Source: an uncultured Anaerolineales bacterium
GTDB taxonomy: Bacteria > Chloroflexota > Anaerolineae > B4-G1
Direction of reading: 5' to 3'
Assembly: GCA_964530325.1 (NCBI GenBank)
Contig: CAZHAX010000001.1
Location: forward strand, 186,128 to 250,127
Length of the DNA stretch: 64,000 nt
The notes below the pieces were generated by a model, which saw nothing but the letters and a program-made list of their open reading frames with translations, searched no databases and had not been told where the DNA came from. Made by a program: the position numbers and the translations under genes. Positions 48,930-57,653 of this stretch are shown here, piece after piece (positions within the stretch are counted from its first letter, which is position 1; every line of letters starts with the position of its first letter).

Positions 48930-49424
48930 CTACTGTGCATCCTTTCTAGAGCTCCTGCCTGTCGACGTGCGACTGAGAACCGCCAGCATTTCTGTCTTGG
49001 TCATTGGCTCGGGAGCCGCTTTCGTGCCCGCTTGCTCACGCGGTTGTGTCTGCAGCAGGGCTCCTGCTGCTTTCATCTCCGCGATCATCTGCTCCAGCTT
49101 CCTGGCGGCGAGGTTTGCCGTGACGTTCAGAAGTGCCACGTTGATTTGGGCTATGCAGACCAGACATAGGCAGCCCTCTGTGCCCAGGGGTTTGAGTATG
49201 AGCCGGCCACCATCGTACATCAGGTCGATGTCCCCCATCTTGCTCTTCCCGTTCGTCTTGGCAGCAGCAACGATCTTCGCTACTGCCTCCATGACGGCTT
49301 GGGGGGGAGATGCCTGGCTCACGCCTGGCGACATCACGTGCTCCAAGAGCTTCCCGCCATCGGAGACGACAAAGGCGCCGATCACTCCATTAACTGCGCT
49401 GATGTCCATCAGGATGTTTCGCAT
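48930..49424 (-). CDS. Roadblock/LC7 domain protein, CxC/LNLTA subfamily
   Basis: MRNILMDISAVNGVIGAFVVSDGGKLLEH...CLCLVCIAQINVALLNVTANLAARKL. Confidence 0.65.
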   Translation of the reverse strand: MRNILMDISAVNGVIGAFVVSDGGKLLEHVMSPGVSQASPPQAVMEAVAKIVAAAKTNGKSKMGDIDLMYDGGRLILKPLGTEGCLCLVCIAQINVALLNVTANLAARKLEQMIAEMKAAGALLQTQPREQAGTKAAPEPMTKTEMLAVLSRTSTGRSSRKDAQ

Positions 49425-49448
49425 CTTGCACCGTCCTGCCTGCTGCGT

Positions 49449-49772
49449 CTAGCCAAGAGCTTCCCGCGCGCTCGAGGCGACTATCGCTGGTGAGGCTCTG
49501 TCCGCCAGGAGCAGACCTACGTAGTAGTCTGGCTGCTCCATTACGAGCACAACCTCGTTGCCAATCGTCACCGTGCCCCAGTCGAAGGGGCCGAGGGCGA
49601 GCGATTCGCTCGCCTGGCTCGCCGCGTTGCCAACGAAGACGGCGACAGCCCCTTCCTTGTCCGGACTGGCATCGTTGAGCTCGTGGGCCAGCACTATTCC
49701 ATCACGTGCAGCTATCACCACCCCGTCCACTCCATCGATCTTGCTCAACTTGGCGGCCAATTCCTGTATCAT
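49449..49772 (-). CDS. Roadblock/LC7 domain protein (minimal, 107 aa)
   Basis: KIDGVDGVVIAARDGIVLAHEL...WGTVTIGNEVVLVMEQPDYYVGLLL. Confidence 0.7.
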   Translation of the reverse strand: MIQELAAKLSKIDGVDGVVIAARDGIVLAHELNDASPDKEGAVAVFVGNAASQASESLALGPFDWGTVTIGNEVVLVMEQPDYYVGLLLADRASPAIVASSAREALG

Positions 49773-49844
49773 TCCGATGCCTCCCTTCAGCCTCCCGAGC
49801 CGTCTTGTCTGGACCGGCGCCGCCTGCCCGGATAGCGCGCTTAC

Positions 49845-50315
49845 CTAGGTCCAGAGATCGAGCACCTTCTCCAGGATGCCCTCGGTGCTCTGGGCCATGG
49901 CGGGCTCCCGCCCTGGCCCCTGCTCAGGGGATGATTGCTCTGGTATTGTCTTCCTCTTGGGTAGTTTCTTGATCATTCGTCCCAGCTTTCGGGCGGCCAC
50001 GTTGGCCGTCAGATTCACCTGCGACACGTCGGCGTGGGGAGCACACAGTATGCACAGGCAGCCCGAGCCGGAGACCTTGACGACCAGCCGTCCGTTGCTG
50101 CAGTGGAGGTCGACTTCGCCGACGTCAGACAAGCTCACGCTCTTCAAGCCGGTGACGATTTGGGCCACGCTGGACGCCGCGCACCCCTGTGCTGTACCGT
50201 TGCCGCTTCCGGGGGGCACCGCGACCGCGAGTAGCGCGCCATCCCCATCGCAGACGAATGAGCCAATCACTCCGTATATCGCGTTGATGTCACTCAGTAT
50301 GCTGTCCATCGCCAC
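49845..50315 (-). CDS. Roadblock/LC7 domain protein, CxC/LNLTA subfamily
   Basis: MAMDSILSDINAIYGVIGSFVCDGDGALLA...CLCILCAPHADVSQVNLTANVAARKL. Confidence 0.65.
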   Translation of the reverse strand: MAMDSILSDINAIYGVIGSFVCDGDGALLAVAVPPGSGNGTAQGCAASSVAQIVTGLKSVSLSDVGEVDLHCSNGRLVVKVSGSGCLCILCAPHADVSQVNLTANVAARKLGRMIKKLPKRKTIPEQSSPEQGPGREPAMAQSTEGILEKVLDLWT

Positions 50316-50328
50316 TCGTTCTGAGCTT

Positions 50329-51396
50329 CTAGTGCAAGGCTTGCTTGGCGCTGGCCGCTACGTTGGCGGCCGATGCCCTCTGGTTGAGCAGCATCCCTAC
50401 GAAGTAGTCTGGCCGCTCCATCAGCAGCATCTTCTCCTTGCCGAGCGCCACCGTGCCCCAACTGAAGCTGCCAAGAGACAGCGGCTTTCCCAGTTGGCCG
50501 GCGGCACCCAGCACGAGAACGGCTATGGAGCCCCTGTTTCCGGGCGCGTCATCCAACTCGTGGGCGACCACGGACCCGTCGTGCGCAACGACGACGACCC
50601 CTGTGACACCCTGTATATCCTTGAGAGCGCTGGCCAGGTTCGCGGCTACCTGGTCACCGTCGACTTCGGTCTCATCAGTGAGGAGCTCCAGGTCGACCAA
50701 GCCGGCCATCCCCTCGTCCATGCGGCGGGCGCCTTCCAGCAGCAGTCCGGACCAGCTGCCCTCGATCGTCCTCTTGGGAGCGGAGACGCCCATCTGCAAC
50801 TCGAATTCCCCCTCTTCCCAGGTCAGGAGCTCATAGACGGCATCCGCGCCTGTTTTCTTACCCAGGGCGGCGTGGACGACGTTGCCTTCGGCGAAGTAGA
50901 CCTTGCCTTCTTGGCCGGCCTGCCGGATCCGGAGTAGCGCCTCGTTCCGCTCTGCGCAGTTGATCTGCACGATGTTGGGCAGACTCAGGCTGCGCAGGTT
51001 GCCCTGAACGACCGCGCCACCCTTCGACTCCAGGATACGGCGCACCGCCGCCACCAGGGTCTTGGCATCGAGGGGCTTCTCCAGGAACTCGCAGGCGCCA
51101 AGCTGCAGGGCCTCGACTACGTTCTCCTTCGTGCCGTAGGCCGTGAGGATTGCGACTGAGGCCCGTGGGTTGTGCTCTCTGATCGCGGCCAGAAGCTTGA
51201 GGCCGTCCATGCCGGGCATCTTCAGGTCTGTGACCACGAGGTCGAAGTCCTCGCTCCGGTACAGCTTGATCGCGCTGGCGCCGTCCGAGGCTCCCTCGAC
51301 GGAGAAGCCTTCCAGCTGGAGTATCCTCTTGCACGTCTTGACCACGTTGGGTTCGTCGTCTACCACTAGAACGCGTTTCTGAGCCATTGCCACCAC
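50329..51396 (-). CDS. Response regulator receiver + DUF4388 (PATAN-like) + C-terminal Roadblock/LC7 domain
   Basis: REC (RVLVVDDEPNVV...LVVTDLKMPGMDG...KPL). The middle region LPNIVQINCAERNEALLRIRQAGQEGKVYFAEGNVVHAALGKKTGADAVYELLTWEEGEFEL matches the DUF4388 consensus as I recall it. The C-terminus IQGVTGVVVVAHDGSVVAHEL...WGTVALGKEKMLLMERPDYFVGMLL is a Roadblock domain closely related to 49449..49772. Confidence 0.75.
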   Translation of the reverse strand: MVAMAQKRVLVVDDEPNVVKTCKRILQLEGFSVEGASDGASAIKLYRSEDFDLVVTDLKMPGMDGLKLLAAIREHNPRASVAILTAYGTKENVVEALQLGACEFLEKPLDAKTLVAAVRRILESKGGAVVQGNLRSLSLPNIVQINCAERNEALLRIRQAGQEGKVYFAEGNVVHAALGKKTGADAVYELLTWEEGEFELQMGVSAPKRTIEGSWSGLLLEGARRMDEGMAGLVDLELLTDETEVDGDQVAANLASALKDIQGVTGVVVVAHDGSVVAHELDDAPGNRGSIAVLVLGAAGQLGKPLSLGSFSWGTVALGKEKMLLMERPDYFVGMLLNQRASAANVAASAKQALH

Positions 51397-51425
51397 TCCC
51401 TCATTCAGTCAGCTAACGCCTGCTC

Positions 51426-52455
51426 CTAGCCGTCAAGCTCCGGCGGAATGATTCCCTTTGCCACTGCCGATTCATAGTCCAGCAGCTCTCTGTCCTCCTC
51501 GTCTCCGTAGAGGTCCTGTGCCTCGAGTTCCTTCCGGCTGGGGCCCGGAGCCGGCGCGGCGGCGGGCCTGGCCTCACCTGATGCCTCAGACAGCACCGCA
51601 TCAAGCTCTGCCATCAGCGAGGAGCCGAACTCCGCGTCCAGTACCTGAGCGGGCACGCTGGCCGTGCTGTCAGCCAGCGTGTTCATCAGGCTCTCGACCG
51701 CTCTCCTGGTGTAGAGCCACACAAGCCCAATCCGGCTTGCCTGGGCCTTCCGATCGTAGACGATGGCCAGGAAGAAGTCCTCCCCCACGTTGGCGGAGTA
51801 GATCTCGTAGCGCGCACCCTCGTGGAAATTGAGGTTGATCGCATTGCCACTGCCGAAGTACTCGGCCAGCCCTCTGGCGGTAGCGAAGCCGCCTGCCAAC
51901 AGCGAAAGCAGGGCAGAGGGATCCGGCCCCAGCTGGCCCCCGGCCTGTGCCAGGCGCTGGCCCAGCATGTCCGCCAGATGTATCGACTGGGCGCCGATCT
52001 CACGCCGCAGCTCCTCCAGGTGCTTGGTGATCTCCTCAAAGGTCTGATCCGAGAGGATGACCAGGCCCGGTTGGCTCATCGCCTCGTCCGGAAGAGCCCT
52101 CTGGACCGCCTTCATGAGCACGTCCACCTTGAGGGGCTTGGAGATGTATCCGGCTACACCCAGGCTGCGGGCCTCTTCCTCGATCGCGCTGCTGCCGTAT
52201 GCGGTCACCAGAATCGAGCGCGTCTCCGGGCTGGAGGTCTTCACCTGCCGAATCAGCTCCAGGCCGCTGATCCCCGGCATTCTCAGGTCCGTGACCATCA
52301 GGTCCACGTCTTCCTTCGAGATGGCTTGCAGCGCCTCCTCGCCGGACTCGACTACCGTGACCCTGTAGGTCTGGTTCGAGCGCTCCAGCACCTTCTTCAG
52401 AAAGGCCGCTACCGACGGCTCGTCGTGCGCAATGAGGATGTGTTTCTGGGCCATT
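51426..52455 (-). CDS. Response regulator receiver + Roadblock-like C-terminal domain
   Basis: REC (HILIAHDEPSVAAFL...LMVTDLRMPGISG...KPL). C-terminal FHEGARYEIYSANVGEDFFLAIVY is Roadblock-like. ATG at 52455 is the internal Met of the track ORF. Confidence 0.7.
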
Positions 52456-52608
52456 TGCCTATATCTGCTCTCGCGGAAGCAGTACCGAGCCGTTTGGCCC
52501 TGGCTTCCGTCAGCATCTCTATCAACAATATAGCACAAGGGGCACGGTTTGTGGGTTCCGAGAACCTCCCACACAGGGTGCAGTTACGTTCCGGCAGGCG
52601 TAGCCTGC

Positions 52609-53457
52609 CTACTGCTTCTGATGGCTCTCGGGGGGAGGGGACGGGGCGCAGACAGCGTAGCCGCTGCCGCGCACCGTAAGGACCACGGGGGGGTCGTCCG
52701 GGCGGGGCTCCAGCTTCTGCCGCAGACGATGGATGTGCGTCCGCAGCAAGACCCGCGCATCGCGCTCGTCGAGTTCGTAGCCTCGAATGTGCAGGACGAG
52801 CTCCCGGCAAGAGATGACCCTGTCCCGGTGGCGGATGAGATACGCCAGGATGTCGAACTCGGTTGGCGTCAGCTCGACAGGCTGGCCACGCAGCACCACG
52901 AGGCGCCTCAGGCTGTCCACAGTCACATCCGCCACTTGGAGGAAACGCTCGACCGGAGCCTGAGCATCCGGCCGCTGGGGGCTATCCCTGAGAGTGACGA
53001 GGACTCTCTCCAGGAGCTTCACCGGCTCATCGTCGTGCAACCTGCGGCTGCGCTCCGCCAGGCCGGCCTCTACGGCTCTGGCGATTTCATCTGTGGAAGA
53101 CGGCTTGAGCAGATAGTCGAAGGCGCCGTGCCGGATGGCAACGATGGCCGAATCGAGCGAGCCGTAGCCTGTGAGGATGACAAAGACCGTGTCCGGGGCC
53201 ATCCTGCAGGCCCGCTGAAGAACGTCGGTCCCCTCCATGTGCGGCAGCTTGAGGTCGAGGACGACGAGATCGAAGATCTCAGATTCGATCTGATCCAACG
53301 CCGCCTTGCCTGTGGCCGCCTCACTAGCGTCGTACCCCATGTGGCGGAAGAGCCCGGTCAGCGTCCGGCGTATAGCCTGGTCGTCGTCCACCACCAGGAT
53401 TCGCGGTCGGGCCGTGGTCGAGCGCTCTAGACTCTCGGCCTGTCTTGAGGTGACCAT
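52609..53457 (-). CDS. OmpR-family response regulator
   Basis: REC (RILVVDDDQAIRRTL...LVVLDLKLPHMEG...KP) + trans_reg_C (LTPTEFDILAYLIRHRDRVISCRELV...LRTHIHRLRQKL...VLTVRGSGY). Confidence 0.85.
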   Translation of the reverse strand: MVTSRQAESLERSTTARPRILVVDDDQAIRRTLTGLFRHMGYDASEAATGKAALDQIESEIFDLVVLDLKLPHMEGTDVLQRACRMAPDTVFVILTGYGSLDSAIVAIRHGAFDYLLKPSSTDEIARAVEAGLAERSRRLHDDEPVKLLERVLVTLRDSPQRPDAQAPVERFLQVADVTVDSLRRLVVLRGQPVELTPTEFDILAYLIRHRDRVISCRELVLHIRGYELDERDARVLLRTHIHRLRQKLEPRPDDPPVVLTVRGSGYAVCAPSPPPESHQKQ

Positions 53458-53503
53458 CGCTACATCTTCCAGTCGAGCGTCCGGCCTTGCTGCGGGTATG
53501 GGT

Positions 53504-55117
53504 TCACGTCCGACCCGCAGGGATCTCAGCCTCTGCCTTCACAGGAAGCAGCACGGTGAACTCGGCTCCCTTGTCGAGTTCGCTCTCGACGGTGATCTCG
53601 CCCCCATGGCGCTCGACCACGTTGCGGCTGATGGCGAGGCCCAGCCCTGTGCCCTTCTCACGCGTGGAGAAGAACGGCTCGAAGATGCGTTCCAGATGTG
53701 CCTCTTCGATGCCGTGCCCCGTGTCTCGGAACTTCAGCGCTACACGCCCGTCGTCCGCAACGGCGCTGGAGACGGATACCGCGCCCCCGTCCGGCATGGC
53801 ATCGACGGCGTTCAGCACCAGGTTGATGACCACCTGCTCCAGCTCATCGGGCGCTGCCACTATGCTGGGCAGGTCGGGCGCCAGGTCTCGGTGTACAGAC
53901 ACGTCACGATGCTGCAAGTACTTGGCAGCGAGCGTGAGGACTCGGTCGATGATGGAGTTCACGTCCGTGGGCTCCATCTCCCGCCGAGGAGGACGCGCAA
54001 ACTCAAGTATGCTGGTCACCATGCCCATCAGCCGCTGGATCTCCTCATCGGCTATCTGCAGGTACTCCCTCTGCTCCTTGATCTCCAGGGGGAAGTCGAG
54101 CATCAGCTGCAGGCTGTTGTGGATGGCCTGGAGAGGGTTGTTGATCTCGTGGGCGAGCGAGGCGGCCAGGCGACCGGTGGCTGCCAGCTTGTCGCTCTGC
54201 ACCAGTTGGAGGCGGGACTGCTCGAGCAGGCTGCGCAGCTCTCGCTCCGCCTGATACAGTCGGGCGTTGGTGATGCCAATGGCGGCGGATCCGGCCAGCG
54301 TGGCCAGCAGCTCGATGTCGTGGTGGTCGAACTCGCCGGCAGCCTTGTTGACGGCCAGGATGGCACCGATCGTGCTGTCTTTGTACGACAACGGCACCGC
54401 CAACAGGGAACGGGTGGCCTCACCTGCCAGGGCGTCTGTTCTGTCCGAGAAGCGGTCGTCGCTCCGCGCGTCCGGCACCAATGCTGGTTCGCCGCTGGAC
54501 ACCACCGAGCCGGCGATTCCCTCATTGGAGGCGGCGGTAGACCCGATCGAAGGGCCGGCATCGGCCCCGGCCGCGGCGGCAACCCTCAGTTCGTCCGTGC
54601 CTCTCTCGAGGAGAATCACAGCGGTCGCCTCCGCGCCCAACATGTCCCTGGCTTCCGCCATGGCCAGGTTCAACACCTCATCCGGATCGAGAGTGGCAAT
54701 CATCGCCTGAGTGGCCCGACTGAGCGCGGTGAGACGCTTGCGGAATCGGCGCCCCTCCATCGCCCGCTGCACTGTCGACCGGATGACGTCGGCGTGGAAT
54801 GGCTTGGTGACGTAGTCGCAGGCACCCAAGCGGAGAGCATCTATCGCGTTCTCCACCGATGCGTAGGCTGTGAGGACTATGATCGCCACCTGAGGCGACC
54901 GGTCACGGATCTGCTTCAACACCTCCATGCCGTCCATATCGGGCAGCATCATGTCGAGGACCGCCACGCCGAACCGCCCAGCCTCCATTGCCTTCAAGGC
55001 GTCCTTCCCGCTGGTGGCCAAGACGATCTCGTAGCCCAGGGGCGAGAGGCATTCTCTCACCAGATCGCACATCCCCCGGTCGTCGTCCAGAATGAGGACC
55101 CTGTCTTGGCTGGCCAT
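53504..55117 (-). CDS. Hybrid sensor kinase: N-terminal receiver + GAF + HisKA + HATPase_c
   Basis: REC (RVLILDDDRGMCDL...VAVLDMMLPDMDG...KPF). GAF-like (DPDEVLNLAMAEARDMLGAEATAVILL...LLAVPLSYKDSTIGAILAVN). H-box LAASLAHEINNPLQAI. N/G boxes (VINLVLNAVDAM, RDTGHGI, GTGLGLAISRNVVERHGGEI). The antisense ORF 53306..55141 is rejected. Confidence 0.85.
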   Translation of the reverse strand: MASQDRVLILDDDRGMCDLVRECLSPLGYEIVLATSGKDALKAMEAGRFGVAVLDMMLPDMDGMEVLKQIRDRSPQVAIIVLTAYASVENAIDALRLGACDYVTKPFHADVIRSTVQRAMEGRRFRKRLTALSRATQAMIATLDPDEVLNLAMAEARDMLGAEATAVILLERGTDELRVAAAAGADAGPSIGSTAASNEGIAGSVVSSGEPALVPDARSDDRFSDRTDALAGEATRSLLAVPLSYKDSTIGAILAVNKAAGEFDHHDIELLATLAGSAAIGITNARLYQAERELRSLLEQSRLQLVQSDKLAATGRLAASLAHEINNPLQAIHNSLQLMLDFPLEIKEQREYLQIADEEIQRLMGMVTSILEFARPPRREMEPTDVNSIIDRVLTLAAKYLQHRDVSVHRDLAPDLPSIVAAPDELEQVVINLVLNAVDAMPDGGAVSVSSAVADDGRVALKFRDTGHGIEEAHLERIFEPFFSTREKGTGLGLAISRNVVERHGGEITVESELDKGAEFTVLLPVKAEAEIPAGRT

Positions 55118-55151
55118 TCACGCTCTCCTGGTTGGCAATGATCTCAGATCT

Positions 55152-56480
55152 CTACTGCTGCTGACTTACAGGTACGTATATGCGGAAAGGCAGCGGCTCG
55201 TAGGCCTGGTTGGTTCCCAGTTCACCGCTCTCCGAGCCTCCGCCAATTGCGTAGACCGTTCCCTCCAGCACCGCCAGCCCGGGGCCGCGCCACTCGCCTA
55301 CGAGAGGCGTCTCGATGGGACTCCAGGAACCATCAGATGGGCTGTACCGCTCGTTGAAGCCAAGGTAGGTTGTCTCCCCTGCCGCACCGATGGCGTAGAG
55401 CTGACCTGCCAGAGGCGCCAGACCGAGCCCCGCTCGCCCAACGGCCATGGAGGGGCAGGAACCCCAAGTTTCGGATGCGGGGTCAAATACGGAGCAGGTC
55501 CTGAGCTCCTGGCTGCCATCGTAGCCGCCGACTACGTAGATGAGGTTTCCCAGCGCGGCGGCGGAGGCGAAGGCGCGCCCGGAGTCCATAGGCACCGAAC
55601 TGGACCACCGGTCGGCGTCCGGATCGTATACGTAGGTGTCCGCTGTATAGCGGCTGCCGTCCCACCCGCCGAATAGGTATATGCGCCGATCGTAGACCGC
55701 GAGCGCGGATGCGCAGCGGGCCTCGGGCATAGCGCTGGCCTGCCGCCAGGAATCGGTCACTGGGTCGTAGACCTCGACCGAGCCCACGGGATTGGAGTCC
55801 TGGTCGCAGCCACCGGGCAAGAACACTTCCCCCTCCAGAATGGCGGCCGACACTCCGAAGACGGGCGTCGGCTTGTCGCGGCCGCGCGTCCACAGGTCGT
55901 TTGCTGGGTCGTACCGCTCGACTACGGCGGTCGGTCCGTCTTCCGTCAGACCAGCGATGGCCAGGACCTGGTGCTCCAAGCCGACTGCGGCAAGGTAGGA
56001 GCGCCTGGTGGGCATCTGGGCACGCTCCGACCAGCTCGAATCCTGCGCTACGGCCATTCCGGGCTGGGACAGGCCGCCCTGCTGCCCAAGCGGGAGCTCC
56101 GCTGCATCGTCCCCGTTCGCGCCGTTGGAGGGCCCAGTGGCCGCAAAGGATGCAGCCACCAGCAGTGCTGCAGCCACGAGCGTCACCCGTCTCCAGCCTG
56201 GCAGGGGCGCCGCGATAGACGCGGGCCGGCCGGGCCCAACCTTCCCTGCCTCCTCCGGAAGGGCCCCCTTCAGGCGGACTATGCCTTCCCGCACCGCTAT
56301 GACGGTAGCCTCTGTGCGCGATTCGGCGTTCAGCTTGCCGAACACGTTGCGCAGGTGCACTTTCACCGTGTTAGCGCTGATTCCGAGGCGGTAAGCGATC
56401 TCCCGGTTGGTGACGCCTGTGGCCACCATCTCCAGGATCTCGATCTCGCGCTGGGTCAGGGATTCGCGCAGCTCGTCCAT
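55152..56480 (-). CDS. LuxR-family HTH + single TM + extracytoplasmic Kelch-repeat beta-propeller protein
   Basis: Start MDELRESLTQREIEILEMVATGVTNREIAYRLGISANTVKVHLRNVFGKL (LuxR HTH). TM (VTLVAAALLVAASFAA). Five or more Kelch-like repeats (AAVGLEHQVLAIAGL, AAILEGEVFLPGG, ALAVYDRRIYLFGGWDG, AAALGNLIYVVGGYDG, LAPLAGQLYAIGA). Confidence 0.7.
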   Translation of the reverse strand: MDELRESLTQREIEILEMVATGVTNREIAYRLGISANTVKVHLRNVFGKLNAESRTEATVIAVREGIVRLKGALPEEAGKVGPGRPASIAAPLPGWRRVTLVAAALLVAASFAATGPSNGANGDDAAELPLGQQGGLSQPGMAVAQDSSWSERAQMPTRRSYLAAVGLEHQVLAIAGLTEDGPTAVVERYDPANDLWTRGRDKPTPVFGVSAAILEGEVFLPGGCDQDSNPVGSVEVYDPVTDSWRQASAMPEARCASALAVYDRRIYLFGGWDGSRYTADTYVYDPDADRWSSSVPMDSGRAFASAAALGNLIYVVGGYDGSQELRTCSVFDPASETWGSCPSMAVGRAGLGLAPLAGQLYAIGAAGETTYLGFNERYSPSDGSWSPIETPLVGEWRGPGLAVLEGTVYAIGGGSESGELGTNQAYEPLPFRIYVPVSQQQ

Positions 56481-56594
56481 GCCTTCATGCGGTCCGCCTA
56501 GCGGGGCTCGGGAAGAGTGCCATCCCGTGTGGCGCCGGCGGGCACTGCCGGGCTCCCCATAAAGACGGGCAGGAAACGGGTTCTTGCGAGAGCG

Positions 56595-56604
56595 ATTATA
56601 GCAC
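56595..56604 (-). promoter_or_regulatory. Extended -10 promoter GTGCTATAAT for the LuxR-Kelch gene (minus strand)
   Basis: Reverse complement of gattatagcac. Same 10-mer as at 27226 and 27257. Confidence 0.35.
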
Positions 56605-56801
56605 ACGGGTCGCTGCGGGCAAGAGCCTGGCTGCTTCTGCCCCGCGAGTTGCCGCCGACGGCCCTCCCGGCGGCCACCAGCCGTCTTGCGCCTGTCAGTT
56701 GCGCTCGACCACAGAGTGGGACCTCGCCCGGCGCACGGCCAGCGGTGCACACAGGGCAGGCCTGTCCTGGCACTCCATGCTATGATCGTGCGCGCGGCCG
56801 G

Positions 56802-57653
56802 TCAGTCGAGATGGACCGGAGTCGCGCAAGCGTTGTCAAACCAAGCCCCTGGTCCTTGCGCAGATGCCTCGCCGCGACGCCCTGGCCTGTCAGGCGGCCC
56901 CAGGCTCTCCTGCAGCAGCGCCCTCAGCACTTGAGGTAGGTTCGTTATGATGCCGTTGACGCCCAATCCGATCAGGCGGCGCATCTCGGCTGGCTCATCC
57001 ACGGTCCAGGCCTGCACTTGCATCCTGCGGCGCCGGGCCCGGCTGATGTACAACCGGTCGATGACCGTATGCTCAGGGTGGATAGCCGATACCGCGAGCA
57101 GCGACCCGAGCAGCATGAGTAGCCGCTGGCAGGGGAAGGCGTGGCTGGCCAGCATCCCGAGCTGGAGGTGCGGCGCCAGCCTCTTGGTCTGCAGCAGCGC
57201 GAACGGGTTGAAGGAGGAGATGAGTACGGAGCTGCCCAATCTGAGCCTCTCTACCTCTGCCACGGCAGCGGCGGGCAGCCGGGTGTCGAGCGCGGAGGTG
57301 CTCTTGAGCTCGAGGTTCAGCAGCAGGCGATCCTTGGCCCACGTCAGCAGCTCCTCCAGCGTGGGTATCTGCTCGCGGCGATAAGCAGCGTCGAACTGGC
57401 TGCCCACGTCGATTGCCTTCAATTGCTCCAGAGTCAAGTCTGCGACGCGAGGGTTGCTGCCGTCAGGCAGCAAGACGGTGGAGTCGTGAATCACCACGGG
57501 AACGCCATCGCCGGAGAGGCGCACGTCGAACTCGACTCCGTCCGCGCCGAGCTCGTACGCCTTGCGCACGGCAGACAGGGTGTTGGGTGGGGCGACGCTG
57601 CTGGCACCGCGGTGCGCGATGTTGAGCACCCGCCCGTCGCCAACGGCGCCCAT
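56802..57653 (-). CDS. Glycerophosphodiester phosphodiesterase (GDPD) family
   Basis: LNIAHRGASSVAPPNTLSAVRKAYELGADGVEFDVRLSGDGVPVVIHD is the GDPD HR(G)/E/D motif set. Start ATG 57653 overlaps the stop of the upstream AAA gene by 1 nt. Confidence 0.75.
   Translation of the reverse strand: MGAVGDGRVLNIAHRGASSVAPPNTLSAVRKAYELGADGVEFDVRLSGDGVPVVIHDSTVLLPDGSNPRVADLTLEQLKAIDVGSQFDAAYRREQIPTLEELLTWAKDRLLLNLELKSTSALDTRLPAAAVAEVERLRLGSSVLISSFNPFALLQTKRLAPHLQLGMLASHAFPCQRLLMLLGSLLAVSAIHPEHTVIDRLYISRARRRRMQVQAWTVDEPAEMRRLIGLGVNGIITNLPQVLRALLQESLGPPDRPGRRGEASAQGPGAWFDNACATPVHLD

Noticed and set aside
52582-52598. Hairpin ggcaggc-gta-gcctgcc downstream of OmpR RR gene as terminator
   Set aside because: On the transcribed (minus) strand it is not followed by a U-tract. 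Transcription probably reads through into the REC-Roadblock gene.
53306-55141. 611-aa + strand ORF
   Set aside because: Antisense to the REC-GAF-HK gene with intact H, N and G boxes.
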